Assembly: GCA_003222155.1 (NCBI GenBank)
Contig: QHUU01000056.1
Location: 4,675-68,674, forward strand
DNA from: Gemmatimonadota bacterium
GTDB lineage: Bacteria > Gemmatimonadota > Gemmatimonadetes > Gemmatimonadales > GWC2-71-9
Direction of reading: 5' to 3'
DNA length: 64,000 bases
The position numbers and the translations under genes were made by a program. Shown here piece after piece: positions 53,779 through 64,000 of this stretch (position 1 is its first letter; every line of letters begins with the position of its first letter). The notes beneath the pieces are model-generated. The model was not told the origin of the DNA, made no database searches, and worked only from the letters and a program-made list of their open reading frames with translations.

Positions 53779-55298
53779 ACCCGATCCCGGTGCTGTCCGC
53801 GACCGAAGCCGCCGGGTGGGATTCGGCCGCCCGCACCCAATACCGCATTCCTTCGCGCGTGCTGATGGAGGCGGCCGGCCGTGCCGTCGCCCACGTGCTG
53901 CTGCGCGAGTACCCCGCAATGCTGGCCCGCGGGGCCCTCGTCGTCGCGGGCGCCGGCAACAACGGGGGCGACGGCTGGGTGGCGGCGCGGGCGCTGCACG
54001 CCGGAGGGGTGCCGGTGTGGGTGGCTGCCCTCGACCCCAAGACCGACGACGCGATCGACAACCGCGCGCTGGCGCGCGTGGACGGCGTGCGCGAGATCGG
54101 GCGCGACGAGCCGTGGCCCGCCGCGGCCGTGGCGGTGGACGCGCTGCTCGGCACCGGCGCGACGGGGCCGGCCCGGGGCGACGTGCTCGCGCTGGCGCAG
54201 CGGCTCGTCGCGTACGGCGCTCCGATCGTCGCCGTCGACGGGCCGACGGGGCTCGACCTTTCGAGCGGGGAGGCGCACGGTCCCGTGCGCGCGGCGCTGT
54301 CGATCACCTTCGGCGGCGCACGCCGGGGGCACCTGCTCGCCCGGGAATGGTGCGGCAAGCTGGTCGTCGTGGACATCGGCTTCCCGCCGCCCGATCCCGC
54401 GTGGCCGGTGCTCGTCAGCGACCTCTGGGCCGGCGCGCGGCTCCCCAAGCTCGCGCCCACGATGCACAAGGGTGACCGCGGCCGGGTCACGGTGGTGGGC
54501 GGCGCGAACGGGATGACGGGCGCCGCGCTCCACGCGGCGCGAGCCGCCCTCGCCGCCGGCGCGGGGCTCGTGAAGCTCGTCGCCGGGCAGGAGACGATCG
54601 CCGCGGCGCGCGCCAGCCTGCCCGATGTCCTGACGGTGGAGTCCGCCCTGGGACCGGAGTTGGAGCCCGACGTCGCGCAAGCGCTCGAGTGGGCCGATGC
54701 CCTCGTGGTGGGGCCCGGACTGGGCCGCGAGTCGCCGCGGACGCCGTTCCTCCAGGCGGTGCTGGGTTGCCGTCCGGTCCCGACCGTGGTCGATGCCGAC
54801 GCCCTCACGCTGTTCCGCGGCCCGGTCGAGCGACCTCTCGTCCTCACGCCTCACCTCGGCGAGTTCCGCGCCCAGTTCGGCGATCAGCTCGCCGACGAGG
54901 CCGCGAACGACCGCTGGGCCGCCGCCGCCAAGGCGGCGCAACGGGTGAAGGGAACCGTGGTCCTGAAAGGCGTGCCCACCGTAATCGCGGACCTGCGCGG
55001 GCCGGCGCACGTGGTGGCGAGCGGCAACCCCGGGCTCGCCACCGGCGGCTCGGGGGACCTGTTGGCCGGTTTCATCGGCGCCTTCTTGGCGCGCGGCAGC
55101 GCGGGGGCCGAGGCGTCCGCCCTCGGCGCGCACGCCCTCGGCCGCGCGGCGGAGCACGGCGCCCGCCAGTGGACGGCCCGCAGCCTGCGGCCCGCCGACG
55201 TGCTCGCCGCGCTCCCCGAAATCTGGCGTGCCTGGGCGAGCCCGCAGCCGCACGGGCCCCCCGTGCTGGCGGTGCTGGAGCCGCCGGAGACGGCGTGA
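53775..55298 (+). CDS. nnr: bifunctional NAD(P)H-hydrate epimerase/dehydratase
   Basis: GTGA overlap. YjeF_N motif AGAGNNGGDG. C-terminal kinase-like HKGDRG and GGSGDLLAG. Confidence 0.9.
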   Translation: MNPIPVLSATEAAGWDSAARTQYRIPSRVLMEAAGRAVAHVLLREYPAMLARGALVVAGAGNNGGDGWVAARALHAGGVPVWVAALDPKTDDAIDNRALARVDGVREIGRDEPWPAAAVAVDALLGTGATGPARGDVLALAQRLVAYGAPIVAVDGPTGLDLSSGEAHGPVRAALSITFGGARRGHLLAREWCGKLVVVDIGFPPPDPAWPVLVSDLWAGARLPKLAPTMHKGDRGRVTVVGGANGMTGAALHAARAALAAGAGLVKLVAGQETIAAARASLPDVLTVESALGPELEPDVAQALEWADALVVGPGLGRESPRTPFLQAVLGCRPVPTVVDADALTLFRGPVERPLVLTPHLGEFRAQFGDQLADEAANDRWAAAAKAAQRVKGTVVLKGVPTVIADLRGPAHVVASGNPGLATGGSGDLLAGFIGAFLARGSAGAEASALGAHALGRAAEHGARQWTARSLRPADVLAALPEIWRAWASPQPHGPPVLAVLEPPETA

Positions 55299-56271
55299 GC
55301 GCGGAGGGGGAGGGGGAAGCGCTCCGCCTGGGGACAGGCGGCGAGTTCGATCGCCTGCGCGCCATTTTCGCGAGCCTCGGAGCCGCCGCACGCGGGTTGG
55401 GCGACGACTGCGCGCTCGTCCGCATCGGGACGCGCACCCTCGCGCTCAGCATCGACCTCTCGCTCGAAGGCGTGCATTTCCGCACCGACTGGCTCTCGTT
55501 CCGCGAAATCGGGTGGCGCGCGACGGCCGCCGCGCTGTCCGATCTGGCGGCCGAGGGCGCGAAACCGATCGGCGTCCTGGCCTCGGTGGGACTGCCCGGA
55601 AGAGGCCGGGGAAGGGGGAAGGGCCGGCGAGATCCTGCGACGGAAATCATGTCGGGAGTGGGAGCCGCCGCGCGGAGTGTCGGAGCGAGCGTGCTCGGGG
55701 GAGACTTGGTGCGCTCCTCACGCTATCTCGTGGATGTGTGCGCGCTCGGCTTCGCCCAGCGGCCGGTGCGGCGGAGCGGCGCGCGGCCCGGTGACGGGCT
55801 GTGGGTGACGGGGCGGCTGGGCGGCGCAGGCCTCGCGTTGCGCGCGCTCGCCGCCCGCCGGCGCGTGCCGCCGGCGCTGCGTCGCCGCTTCGCGCACCCC
55901 GTGCCCCGCATCGCCGCCGGCGTCTGGCTGGCCCGTCACGGTGCGCGCGCGATGATCGACGTTTCAGACGGGTTGACCGGAGACGCCAGTCACCTCGCCG
56001 CGGCGTCGGGCGTACGCGTGGAGATCGCGCTCGAGCACATGCTCTGTTGGCCGGGGGCGACGCCGCTCGCCGCCGTCCGGAGCGGCGAGGAGTACGAGCT
56101 CCTGGTTGCTTTGCCGACGCGCTTTGGGGAGCGCCACGCGGGCGCGTTTCGCCGTGCCATCGGCCTACCGCTCACGCGCATCGGCGCCTGCACGGCAGGC
56201 CGGGGCGTACGGATAACTGACGACGGACGACCGATCACGCCTCCCCGCTCCTTCGACCACTTTCCGCGGCG

Positions 56272-56275
<4 letters not shown>
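55295..56275 (+). CDS. thiL: thiamine-monophosphate kinase
   Basis: GTGA overlap. GDDCALV, LSDLAAEGA, VLGGDL, DVSDGL. Contains an unusual Gly/Arg-rich insert. Confidence 0.85.
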
Positions 56276-58608
<2,333 letters not shown>

Positions 58609-58615
58609 CGACCCG

Positions 58616-59266
58616 TCAGGGGATGGCGATGCCGCCGGAGAGCGTGATCGCTTCCATCGTTTCGTTGCCGCCGGGCCCTCCGAGCAGCGCGTCGTCCATC
58701 CGATAGGACAGGCGCAGCCAGACGCGCTGCTGCGGCGGCTGAAACACCACACCCGCCTCTCCCCCCTGGATCCGGCCGGCGCCGGTCGGCAGGTTCACGT
58801 CGGAAGAGAGGGCCCGCCACACCTCGAGATAGCTCCCCAGCTTCCCCATCACGATCGGGGCGTCCACGCGCGCCCGCGCCTGCCAGAACACCCAGCGCTC
58901 CGTCGTGGAATCCGTGACGTACGCCCGCACCACCGGCCCGGCGGTCATCTCGAGCCAGGGCAACAGCCGGCCGCCCACGAACACCGTCCCCTGCACGAGA
59001 TCGCGCTGTGGGGAACCCGTGCCCCCCGCGTCCCCGGCGGGCTTGAGCTGGCCCTCGAGCAGTCCCAGGCCGAACAGCCACCCGTTGACGCCAATCCGCC
59101 CCTCACCGCCGAACCCCGGACCGCGCAGCGACGTGCGGGCAATGCCCGTATCGCTGTGCACCCACATCATGAACGCATCCGCCCGCAGGCCGATGGTGGG
59201 TCGGCGCTGCGCGGATGCCACCGATGCCGCCAGCACCAGCGCGCAGGTAGCGGCGAGCACCCTCAT
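58616..59266 (-). CDS. hypothetical secreted protein, beta-barrel-like
   Basis: ATG 59266 (ATGA overlap). Signal MRVLAATCALVLAASVASAQ. Alternating hydrophobic pattern with a Gly-rich, aromatic-containing C-terminus. Confidence 0.55.
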   Translation of the reverse strand: MRVLAATCALVLAASVASAQRRPTIGLRADAFMMWVHSDTGIARTSLRGPGFGGEGRIGVNGWLFGLGLLEGQLKPAGDAGGTGSPQRDLVQGTVFVGGRLLPWLEMTAGPVVRAYVTDSTTERWVFWQARARVDAPIVMGKLGSYLEVWRALSSDVNLPTGAGRIQGGEAGVVFQPPQQRVWLRLSYRMDDALLGGPGGNETMEAITLSGGIAIP

Positions 59267-60312
59267 GGCGTCCGCTCGGCGACCGTCACCGGTCCCGCCC
59301 GAATGAGCAGGCGTGACGATCCGCGGCGCTTGGCGTTCTCGACTTTCACTTGCTCGACGCGCCGCTGCCACTCGGCGCGCGCCGGGGCATTGGCGCGGAT
59401 GTTGGCCTCGATCGGGTGGGGCTGGTGGGCGAAGAATCCCACGATGCCGGCGATGCTGACGGTGGCCGCGACGGCGAACCGCGCCCCGGTGGCCTCCCCA
59501 CTGCGGCCGAACAGCGCGGGGAGGGCGACCACGGCGCCGCCCGCCAGCGCCCCCGCCGCCAGCGAACCCAGGGCGGGGGTCGCCGACGTGCGCTCGGGCA
59601 GGAGCGGCGGCGCGGTCGGGGGCGCGGGCCAATTCACGGTGTCGGGCGCCACCTGCGTGATGTCGAGCGGGACCTGGAGGGGGGGCGGGCCGTCTTCGGT
59701 CGCCGGGTGGGGCGCCACGCGCAAGAGGTAGTGGCCTTCCTCCGGCGGGGTGCCCCCGTCGCTCGTGGTCCCATCCCATTTTACGAGGAGGCTGTCGGCC
59801 ACGGGCCCGTCCCACAGCGTCCGCACCGGCGTGCCGTCGTCGTGCGCCAGCGTGACCTGCACGGTCTGCAGCGAGCTCGTGATCAACCGGGCGGTGAACC
59901 ACTCGAGGCGCGCGCGCAGCTCCGTTCTCGGCGGCACTTCGACGTTCAGGACTTTGGTCGAGCGGCGGACCTCCTCGAACAGATTGGTGACCTGGGGCGG
60001 AAAGATCAGCTCGTCCGGGCGGTAGCGGGGATCGAGCCGCACCAGCTCTCGGAAGGCTGCGGTGGCGGAATCACGCTGCTGCTGAAACAGCTCGGTCGCG
60101 GCGAGATACGAGAGCGCCCGCGCCCGCTGCGAGTCGGGGAGGGCCGCGGGTGCCCTGCGGGCCAGACTCTGGCGCAGCAGCGTCACTGCGGCGTCGTATT
60201 CCAGTTTCTGATAGAGCCGCACCCCCTGCTGCAGCAGATCGCCCGCCGACTGGGCGGGCAGGCGGGATCCGGCGGCGACCACGATCGCGAGGACCGTCAG
60301 GACCCGCGGCAC
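59263..60312 (-). CDS. secreted TPR-like + FlgD-Ig-like domain protein with C-terminal TM segments
   Basis: Signal MPRVLTVLAIVVAAGSRLPAQ. LVKWDGTTSDGGTPPEEGHYLLRV (FlgD_ig-like). Hydrophobic GSLAAGALAGGAVVALPALFG and FAVAATVSIAGIVGFFA. Confidence 0.6.
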   Translation of the reverse strand: MPRVLTVLAIVVAAGSRLPAQSAGDLLQQGVRLYQKLEYDAAVTLLRQSLARRAPAALPDSQRARALSYLAATELFQQQRDSATAAFRELVRLDPRYRPDELIFPPQVTNLFEEVRRSTKVLNVEVPPRTELRARLEWFTARLITSSLQTVQVTLAHDDGTPVRTLWDGPVADSLLVKWDGTTSDGGTPPEEGHYLLRVAPHPATEDGPPPLQVPLDITQVAPDTVNWPAPPTAPPLLPERTSATPALGSLAAGALAGGAVVALPALFGRSGEATGARFAVAATVSIAGIVGFFAHQPHPIEANIRANAPARAEWQRRVEQVKVENAKRRGSSRLLIRAGPVTVAERTP

Positions 60313-60314
60313 CG

Positions 60315-62003
60315 CTACCGCTCCACCAGCACGATGTCGGTGATCCGCAGCCGCTGGCCGGGGCCCAGCTCGATCAGACGCTCATAGGGACGGAACCCGT
60401 CGCGCTCGACCCGCAGCCGGTGCGATCCGGATGTCACCTGTAGATCGATTTGCGGCGTGTTGCCGACCGGCTGGCCGTCGACGTATACGCTCCCCCAGGG
60501 AACCGAGTTGACCGACAGCAGGGCCGGCTCCGCGGGGCGCTCGACCGGCCGCTCGACCCGCCGCGGCGGTGGCGCGGGCGGCGTCGCGCGCCGCACGACG
60601 GGAGCCCGCTTGACCGGCGCAGGCTCGTGCCGGGGGCGCGCGGCCTCGCGCTGCCGCTCGGGCGGCGGTGTCTCGACCGCGGGGAGAGGCGTCGCCGCCG
60701 GCGGGGCCTGCCGCTCGGCGATCGCCGTTGTGTCGACGCCAGTGTGCACCGGCGCGGACGATGGCACGGACTCGGGCGTTGGGATGCTGGCGTCGTAGGC
60801 GGTGGCCTGCGAGGCCGGTGCGGACGACGTGCTGAGCCACACCGCGCCGCCGCCCAGGAGGAGGATCAGGGTCGCGGCGACGACGAAGCGGCGGGTGCGG
60901 CGCGTCGGGGGAGGCGGCGCCCGCTCCAGATCTTCGTCTTCCTCCTCATCGTCCGCGACGATCACGACCGGCGAGCGCGGGCCCCGCTGCGGCGTCCCTT
61001 CGAACCAGGACGCGGACGGCGCGGTGGCCGGGGCCGGGGCCGCGGCGGTGGGGCCGCCCAGGGCGGTGACGAAATCGAGCACCGTCGGAAACCGCTCGGC
61101 GGGCCGGCTGCTCAACGCGCGCCGCAGCGCCTGCGACACGTGGAGGGGGACGTCGCTCCGTGATTCCAGCAACCTGGAGAGCGGCGGCGCATCGCGCGCC
61201 GGGGTTCCGGTCAGGCACTCGTAGGCGAGCGCCGCCAGCGCGTACTGATCCGCGCGCGGCCCCGGCTCGCTCGCTCGCGCTTCGTCGGGCGGAACCTGAA
61301 ACACCCCCCCGACCATGAAGTCGCCTACCTGCACCCACTCGTTCGCGCCGACGATGACGCAGTCGGATCGCAGACCCCCGTGCGCCAGGCCCCGCCGGTG
61401 CGCGTGGTCCAGCGCGCTCGCCACCTGCTCCAGGATGCGAACACAGGTCGGCACCTCCAGCGAGCCGACCGTCTCGAGCATGCTGTCGAGCGAGCGACCG
61501 TCGACCCGCTTGGTGGCGTACCACATGAAATGGTCGGTACAGCCGAAACGAAATGGTGGGAGGATGTGCGAGTGCTCGAGCTGCATGGCCGCTTCGGCCG
61601 CCCGTGCGAACCGATCCGCCGCCGGTCCCAGCTGCTGGCGCGCGATGGCCTTGAGCGTGAGTGGGTGATCGGCGCCGTCCCAGGCGAGATACACAATCGG
61701 CTCGGGCGACCCTCGCAGCAGCGCCTCGATGCGAAACTCGGCCGACAGCTCGCGTCGCGCGTCGAGCTCGGTGGGCACGACGTCGGCTTCCTCGGCAACG
61801 GCCGTCGACGCTTGCGAGCCACGCGGGTCCGTTGGCGTTGACCCGCCCGCCGGGGTCGCGCGACGGCCACGCGCGGGGCGGGCGGCGGGCGTGGGCTGGG
61901 CGCTCTCCCCGGTCGCCGCGCGCGCGTCGGGCGAGTAGCCGCACAGCACGCAGGTGCGCGCGCCCTCGGGGATGTCCGCGAGGAGACAGCGGGGACAGCG
62001 CAT
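60315..62003 (-). CDS. Zn-ribbon / kinase-like (predicted pseudokinase) / TM / PEGA-domain protein
   Basis: MRCPRCLLADIPEGARTCVLCGY. The kinase fold has HRRGLAHGGLRSDCV in place of HRDLKPxN and GDFMVGG in place of DFG, and has no Gly-loop. TM segment FVVAATLILLLGGGAVWL. C-terminal PEGA-like SVPWGSVYVDGQPVGNTP. Confidence 0.8.
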   Translation of the reverse strand: MRCPRCLLADIPEGARTCVLCGYSPDARAATGESAQPTPAARPARGRRATPAGGSTPTDPRGSQASTAVAEEADVVPTELDARRELSAEFRIEALLRGSPEPIVYLAWDGADHPLTLKAIARQQLGPAADRFARAAEAAMQLEHSHILPPFRFGCTDHFMWYATKRVDGRSLDSMLETVGSLEVPTCVRILEQVASALDHAHRRGLAHGGLRSDCVIVGANEWVQVGDFMVGGVFQVPPDEARASEPGPRADQYALAALAYECLTGTPARDAPPLSRLLESRSDVPLHVSQALRRALSSRPAERFPTVLDFVTALGGPTAAAPAPATAPSASWFEGTPQRGPRSPVVIVADDEEEDEDLERAPPPPTRRTRRFVVAATLILLLGGGAVWLSTSSAPASQATAYDASIPTPESVPSSAPVHTGVDTTAIAERQAPPAATPLPAVETPPPERQREAARPRHEPAPVKRAPVVRRATPPAPPPRRVERPVERPAEPALLSVNSVPWGSVYVDGQPVGNTPQIDLQVTSGSHRLRVERDGFRPYERLIELGPGQRLRITDIVLVER

Positions 62004-62776
62004 TACGGCACCGTGAAGTGGCCGCTCTCGATGGGGGCACCGAGTTGCGCGCTACTCGCCACCAGGGTGTAGTACGTGAAACTAAGGTCGTTGATACTCA
62101 AGTTCGAAAATATGGCGACTCCGTTCACCGCAGGGACGTCCTTGGTGCCGTTCAGGGTCGCTCCCCCCAGCAGGCTTCCGTCGTGTCCGATCTTGATCGA
62201 GATGGTACCGCTGAAGGTGGTCACGGTATTGTTCCGGTCGTCCACCGCGGCGACTTGCACGGGCGGCGAAATCATGGCACCGGGCGCTGTGTTGGTCGGC
62301 TCCACCGCGAACGCGAGTCTGGTGGCCGGGCCCGGGGGCGGCGGCGTCGCGGTGACGTCGAACGCCCTGCTGGCATCGCCCGCGAGGGGCGCCGCCGCCG
62401 CCGCGAGTGTATACCCCGTGCCGATCTGGTCGATACGTAAGTTAGCGAAAGTTGCGACCCCGTTCACGGCGGCGACGTCCGTCGTGCCCGTGAGACGGCC
62501 GCCACTCACCAGGCCCCCGTTGTGGCCGATGGCGACGGTCACGGTCCCCGTGAAGCTCGTCACGACGTTCCCGGCCGAATCGAATGCCGTCACCTGCACG
62601 GGCGGCTGGATGGTGCTGTCCTTCATCTGCGTGCTGTCTGGTTGAGTGGTGAAGCTGAGTCGGCTCTGCGTCGACCCGACGGGCGGTGCGTGCCCGCCAC
62701 CCGAAGGTTGGAACAGCTTGTCGAAATGACAGCCGAGAGCCACGGCGGTGAGCACCGCAAAACGCAGTGTCTTCAT
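62003..62776 (-). CDS. lipoprotein with two tandem Ig-like repeats
   Basis: ATG 62776 with AGGAG 5 nt upstream and lipobox ALGC. Internal duplication: PPVQVTAFDSAGNVVTSFTGTVTVAIGHNGG... vs PPVQVAAVDDRNNTVTTFSGTISIKIGHDGS... Confidence 0.7.
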   Translation of the reverse strand: MKTLRFAVLTAVALGCHFDKLFQPSGGGHAPPVGSTQSRLSFTTQPDSTQMKDSTIQPPVQVTAFDSAGNVVTSFTGTVTVAIGHNGGLVSGGRLTGTTDVAAVNGVATFANLRIDQIGTGYTLAAAAAPLAGDASRAFDVTATPPPPGPATRLAFAVEPTNTAPGAMISPPVQVAAVDDRNNTVTTFSGTISIKIGHDGSLLGGATLNGTKDVPAVNGVAIFSNLSINDLSFTYYTLVASSAQLGAPIESGHFTVP

Positions 62777-62994
62777 AGGCTCCTGAGGGTATGCAAGCGT
62801 CGCACCGCGTCGGCATGATCGAGACGCAGGTGTGTCGGGAGATCTCCGGGTGCGCGAGGGGACACATGTGGCTTTGCCGCAACGCCTGTGTCGTCGGCTC
62901 AACGCCAGCCGACACCGCCGAAACAGCTGCATCTCCTGGACGGCTCGCCGGATGCAGGAGCGAGGCCGCTCGATCGTTTTCCCAGAGGATTCAG

Positions 62995-63900
62995 ATGCGA
63001 AATGGTGCACATGGCGGAGCCCCCAATGCCTGTGAACGGTTCACGGCTGGGTTCACGCTTCTACTCGGGGTCCTTGTCGCGCTCCAAGCGCGCAACGCGG
63101 CTGCTACGGCCGCGCTCGGTGCCGACGGTGTGTTCGCACTGCTCCTGCTGGCGGGCACGCCCCGGCTGCGTCGTAGGCGCATTGCGGTGGTCCGCTACCT
63201 CGGGGTCGGGCTGCCATTGCTCGGATTCTACTTCCTTTATCTTCAGACGGGATTACTGGACCCGGCCCGGACGCACTGGCACGATGCGACGTTGCTCGGA
63301 CTCCAGAGCCGTGTGCTGCCGCACGTCCCAACCGTTCCGTGGCCGCCCGTTCGGGAATGGCTCGCATTTTCCTACCTGGCGTACGAGCCGATCCTGTGCA
63401 CCGGCACCGCGGCCATCTTCGCGCCCGGGACCGGGGGCTCCCAGCGGCGAGCAGGCGACGCCGTGCGCAGGCTCTGCTACACGCTCGCCTGCTGCTTCGT
63501 GATCGGTCTCGCATACCCCGCCATGAGTCCACGCTACGTCACGCCGGAGCTTCAGGTCCGGCAGCTGGGAAGCGGGTTCTTCTCTCGGATGGCCATGCTG
63601 GCCGGGCGAGACGCCATGGTGCCCGGGACGTCTTTTCCGAGCGCGCATGTCGCCGCGGTGGTGGTGCTGATGTGGGATCTTTGGGCGGCGCGGCGCGGGC
63701 TGTTCTGGATCTTGCTGCCGCTCGCCGTGAGCATGACCGCCGGGACGGTGTTGCTCTTCTTTCATTACGTCCCTGATGTCGTGGGAGCGGTCGTAGTCGG
63801 GGCGGGGGTCATCGCCTTTGATCGCTGGTGGAACCCCCGAGGACCCGGTCAGGGCAGGACGAGAAAGACGAAGGCTACCGCCGGGTTGCCCCTGCAGTAG
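62995..63900 (+). CDS. PAP2-superfamily membrane phosphatase/transferase
   Basis: ATG 62995. Polytopic, with PAP2-type motifs FPSAHVAA and FFHYVPDVVGA. Confidence 0.65.
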   Translation: MRNGAHGGAPNACERFTAGFTLLLGVLVALQARNAAATAALGADGVFALLLLAGTPRLRRRRIAVVRYLGVGLPLLGFYFLYLQTGLLDPARTHWHDATLLGLQSRVLPHVPTVPWPPVREWLAFSYLAYEPILCTGTAAIFAPGTGGSQRRAGDAVRRLCYTLACCFVIGLAYPAMSPRYVTPELQVRQLGSGFFSRMAMLAGRDAMVPGTSFPSAHVAAVVVLMWDLWAARRGLFWILLPLAVSMTAGTVLLFFHYVPDVVGAVVVGAGVIAFDRWWNPRGPGQGRTRKTKATAGLPLQ

Positions 63901-63909
63901 CCTTCGAAA

Positions 63910-63928
63910 CCGACAGTCGAGCTGTCGG
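63910..63928. terminator. hairpin CCGACAG-TCGAG-CTGTCGG after the PAP2 gene (no U-tract)
   Basis: Read directly. It sits between the PAP2 stop and what looks like the 3' end of a convergent gene running off the window. Confidence 0.3.
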
Positions 63929-64000
63929 GGCCGTCACATCAGGTCAGTCACTGCCGGCGTGGTAGCCGGGAGCGAAAGACCAGGAACGCCACGACAGCAG

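Noticed and set aside
63944-64000. Possible 3' end of a minus-strand gene running off the right edge (…GYHAGSD-stop).
   Set aside because: Only 19 codons are visible. This is not enough to support a call.

Overview
High-GC (about 70% by eye, not computed) bacterial chromosomal window. The gene content (tandem DUF2723 GT-C proteins, a TIGR03118-type propeller, a PEGA pseudokinase, Ser/Thr-kinase plus BTAD-NTPase pairs) suggests a Gemmatimonadota- or Acidobacteriota-like organism; this is a guess I cannot verify. I support about 65 protein genes, one tRNA-Ser(UGA), one clear pseudogene and a small family of GNRA-hairpin (REP-like) repeats. There are no rRNA genes, CRISPR arrays, transposases or integrases. 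Much of the window is housekeeping, packed into two very compact co-directional strings: minus strand 40895 to 25845 (valS, selA, gmhB-like, purN, M42 peptidases, purH, 2x DUF2723) and plus strand 43181 to 58608 (thiolase, bioY, hbd, acyl-CoA DH, rpiB, glyA, hsp20, lon, nnr, thiL, plsC-like, eno, ftsB-like). Many junctions in these strings are ATGA or GTGA start/stop overlaps. The most unusual part is 17.3-24.6 kb. Next to tRNA-Ser lies a scarred accessory segment in which a MurG-like glycosyltransferase and three translationally coupled APH-fold kinase paralogs with non-canonical catalytic loops are bracketed by a decayed and an intact copy of the same membrane-protein gene. A fragment of the tRNA-Ser anticodon arm lies inside this segment. 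That cassette is my best candidate for an undescribed system, but its function cannot be read from sequence alone. Other points worth a second look: two AfsK/AfsR-like kinase/regulator modules; a four-gene envelope operon built around a Zn-ribbon pseudokinase with a PEGA domain; an in-frame copy of the palindromic repeat inside purH; a thrombin-aptamer-like G-rich tandem decamer between valS and thrS; a catalytically dead M42 peptidase paralog; and an orphan selA. Many long ORFs in the supplied track are antisense or out-of-frame shadows typical of high-GC DNA and were not called.
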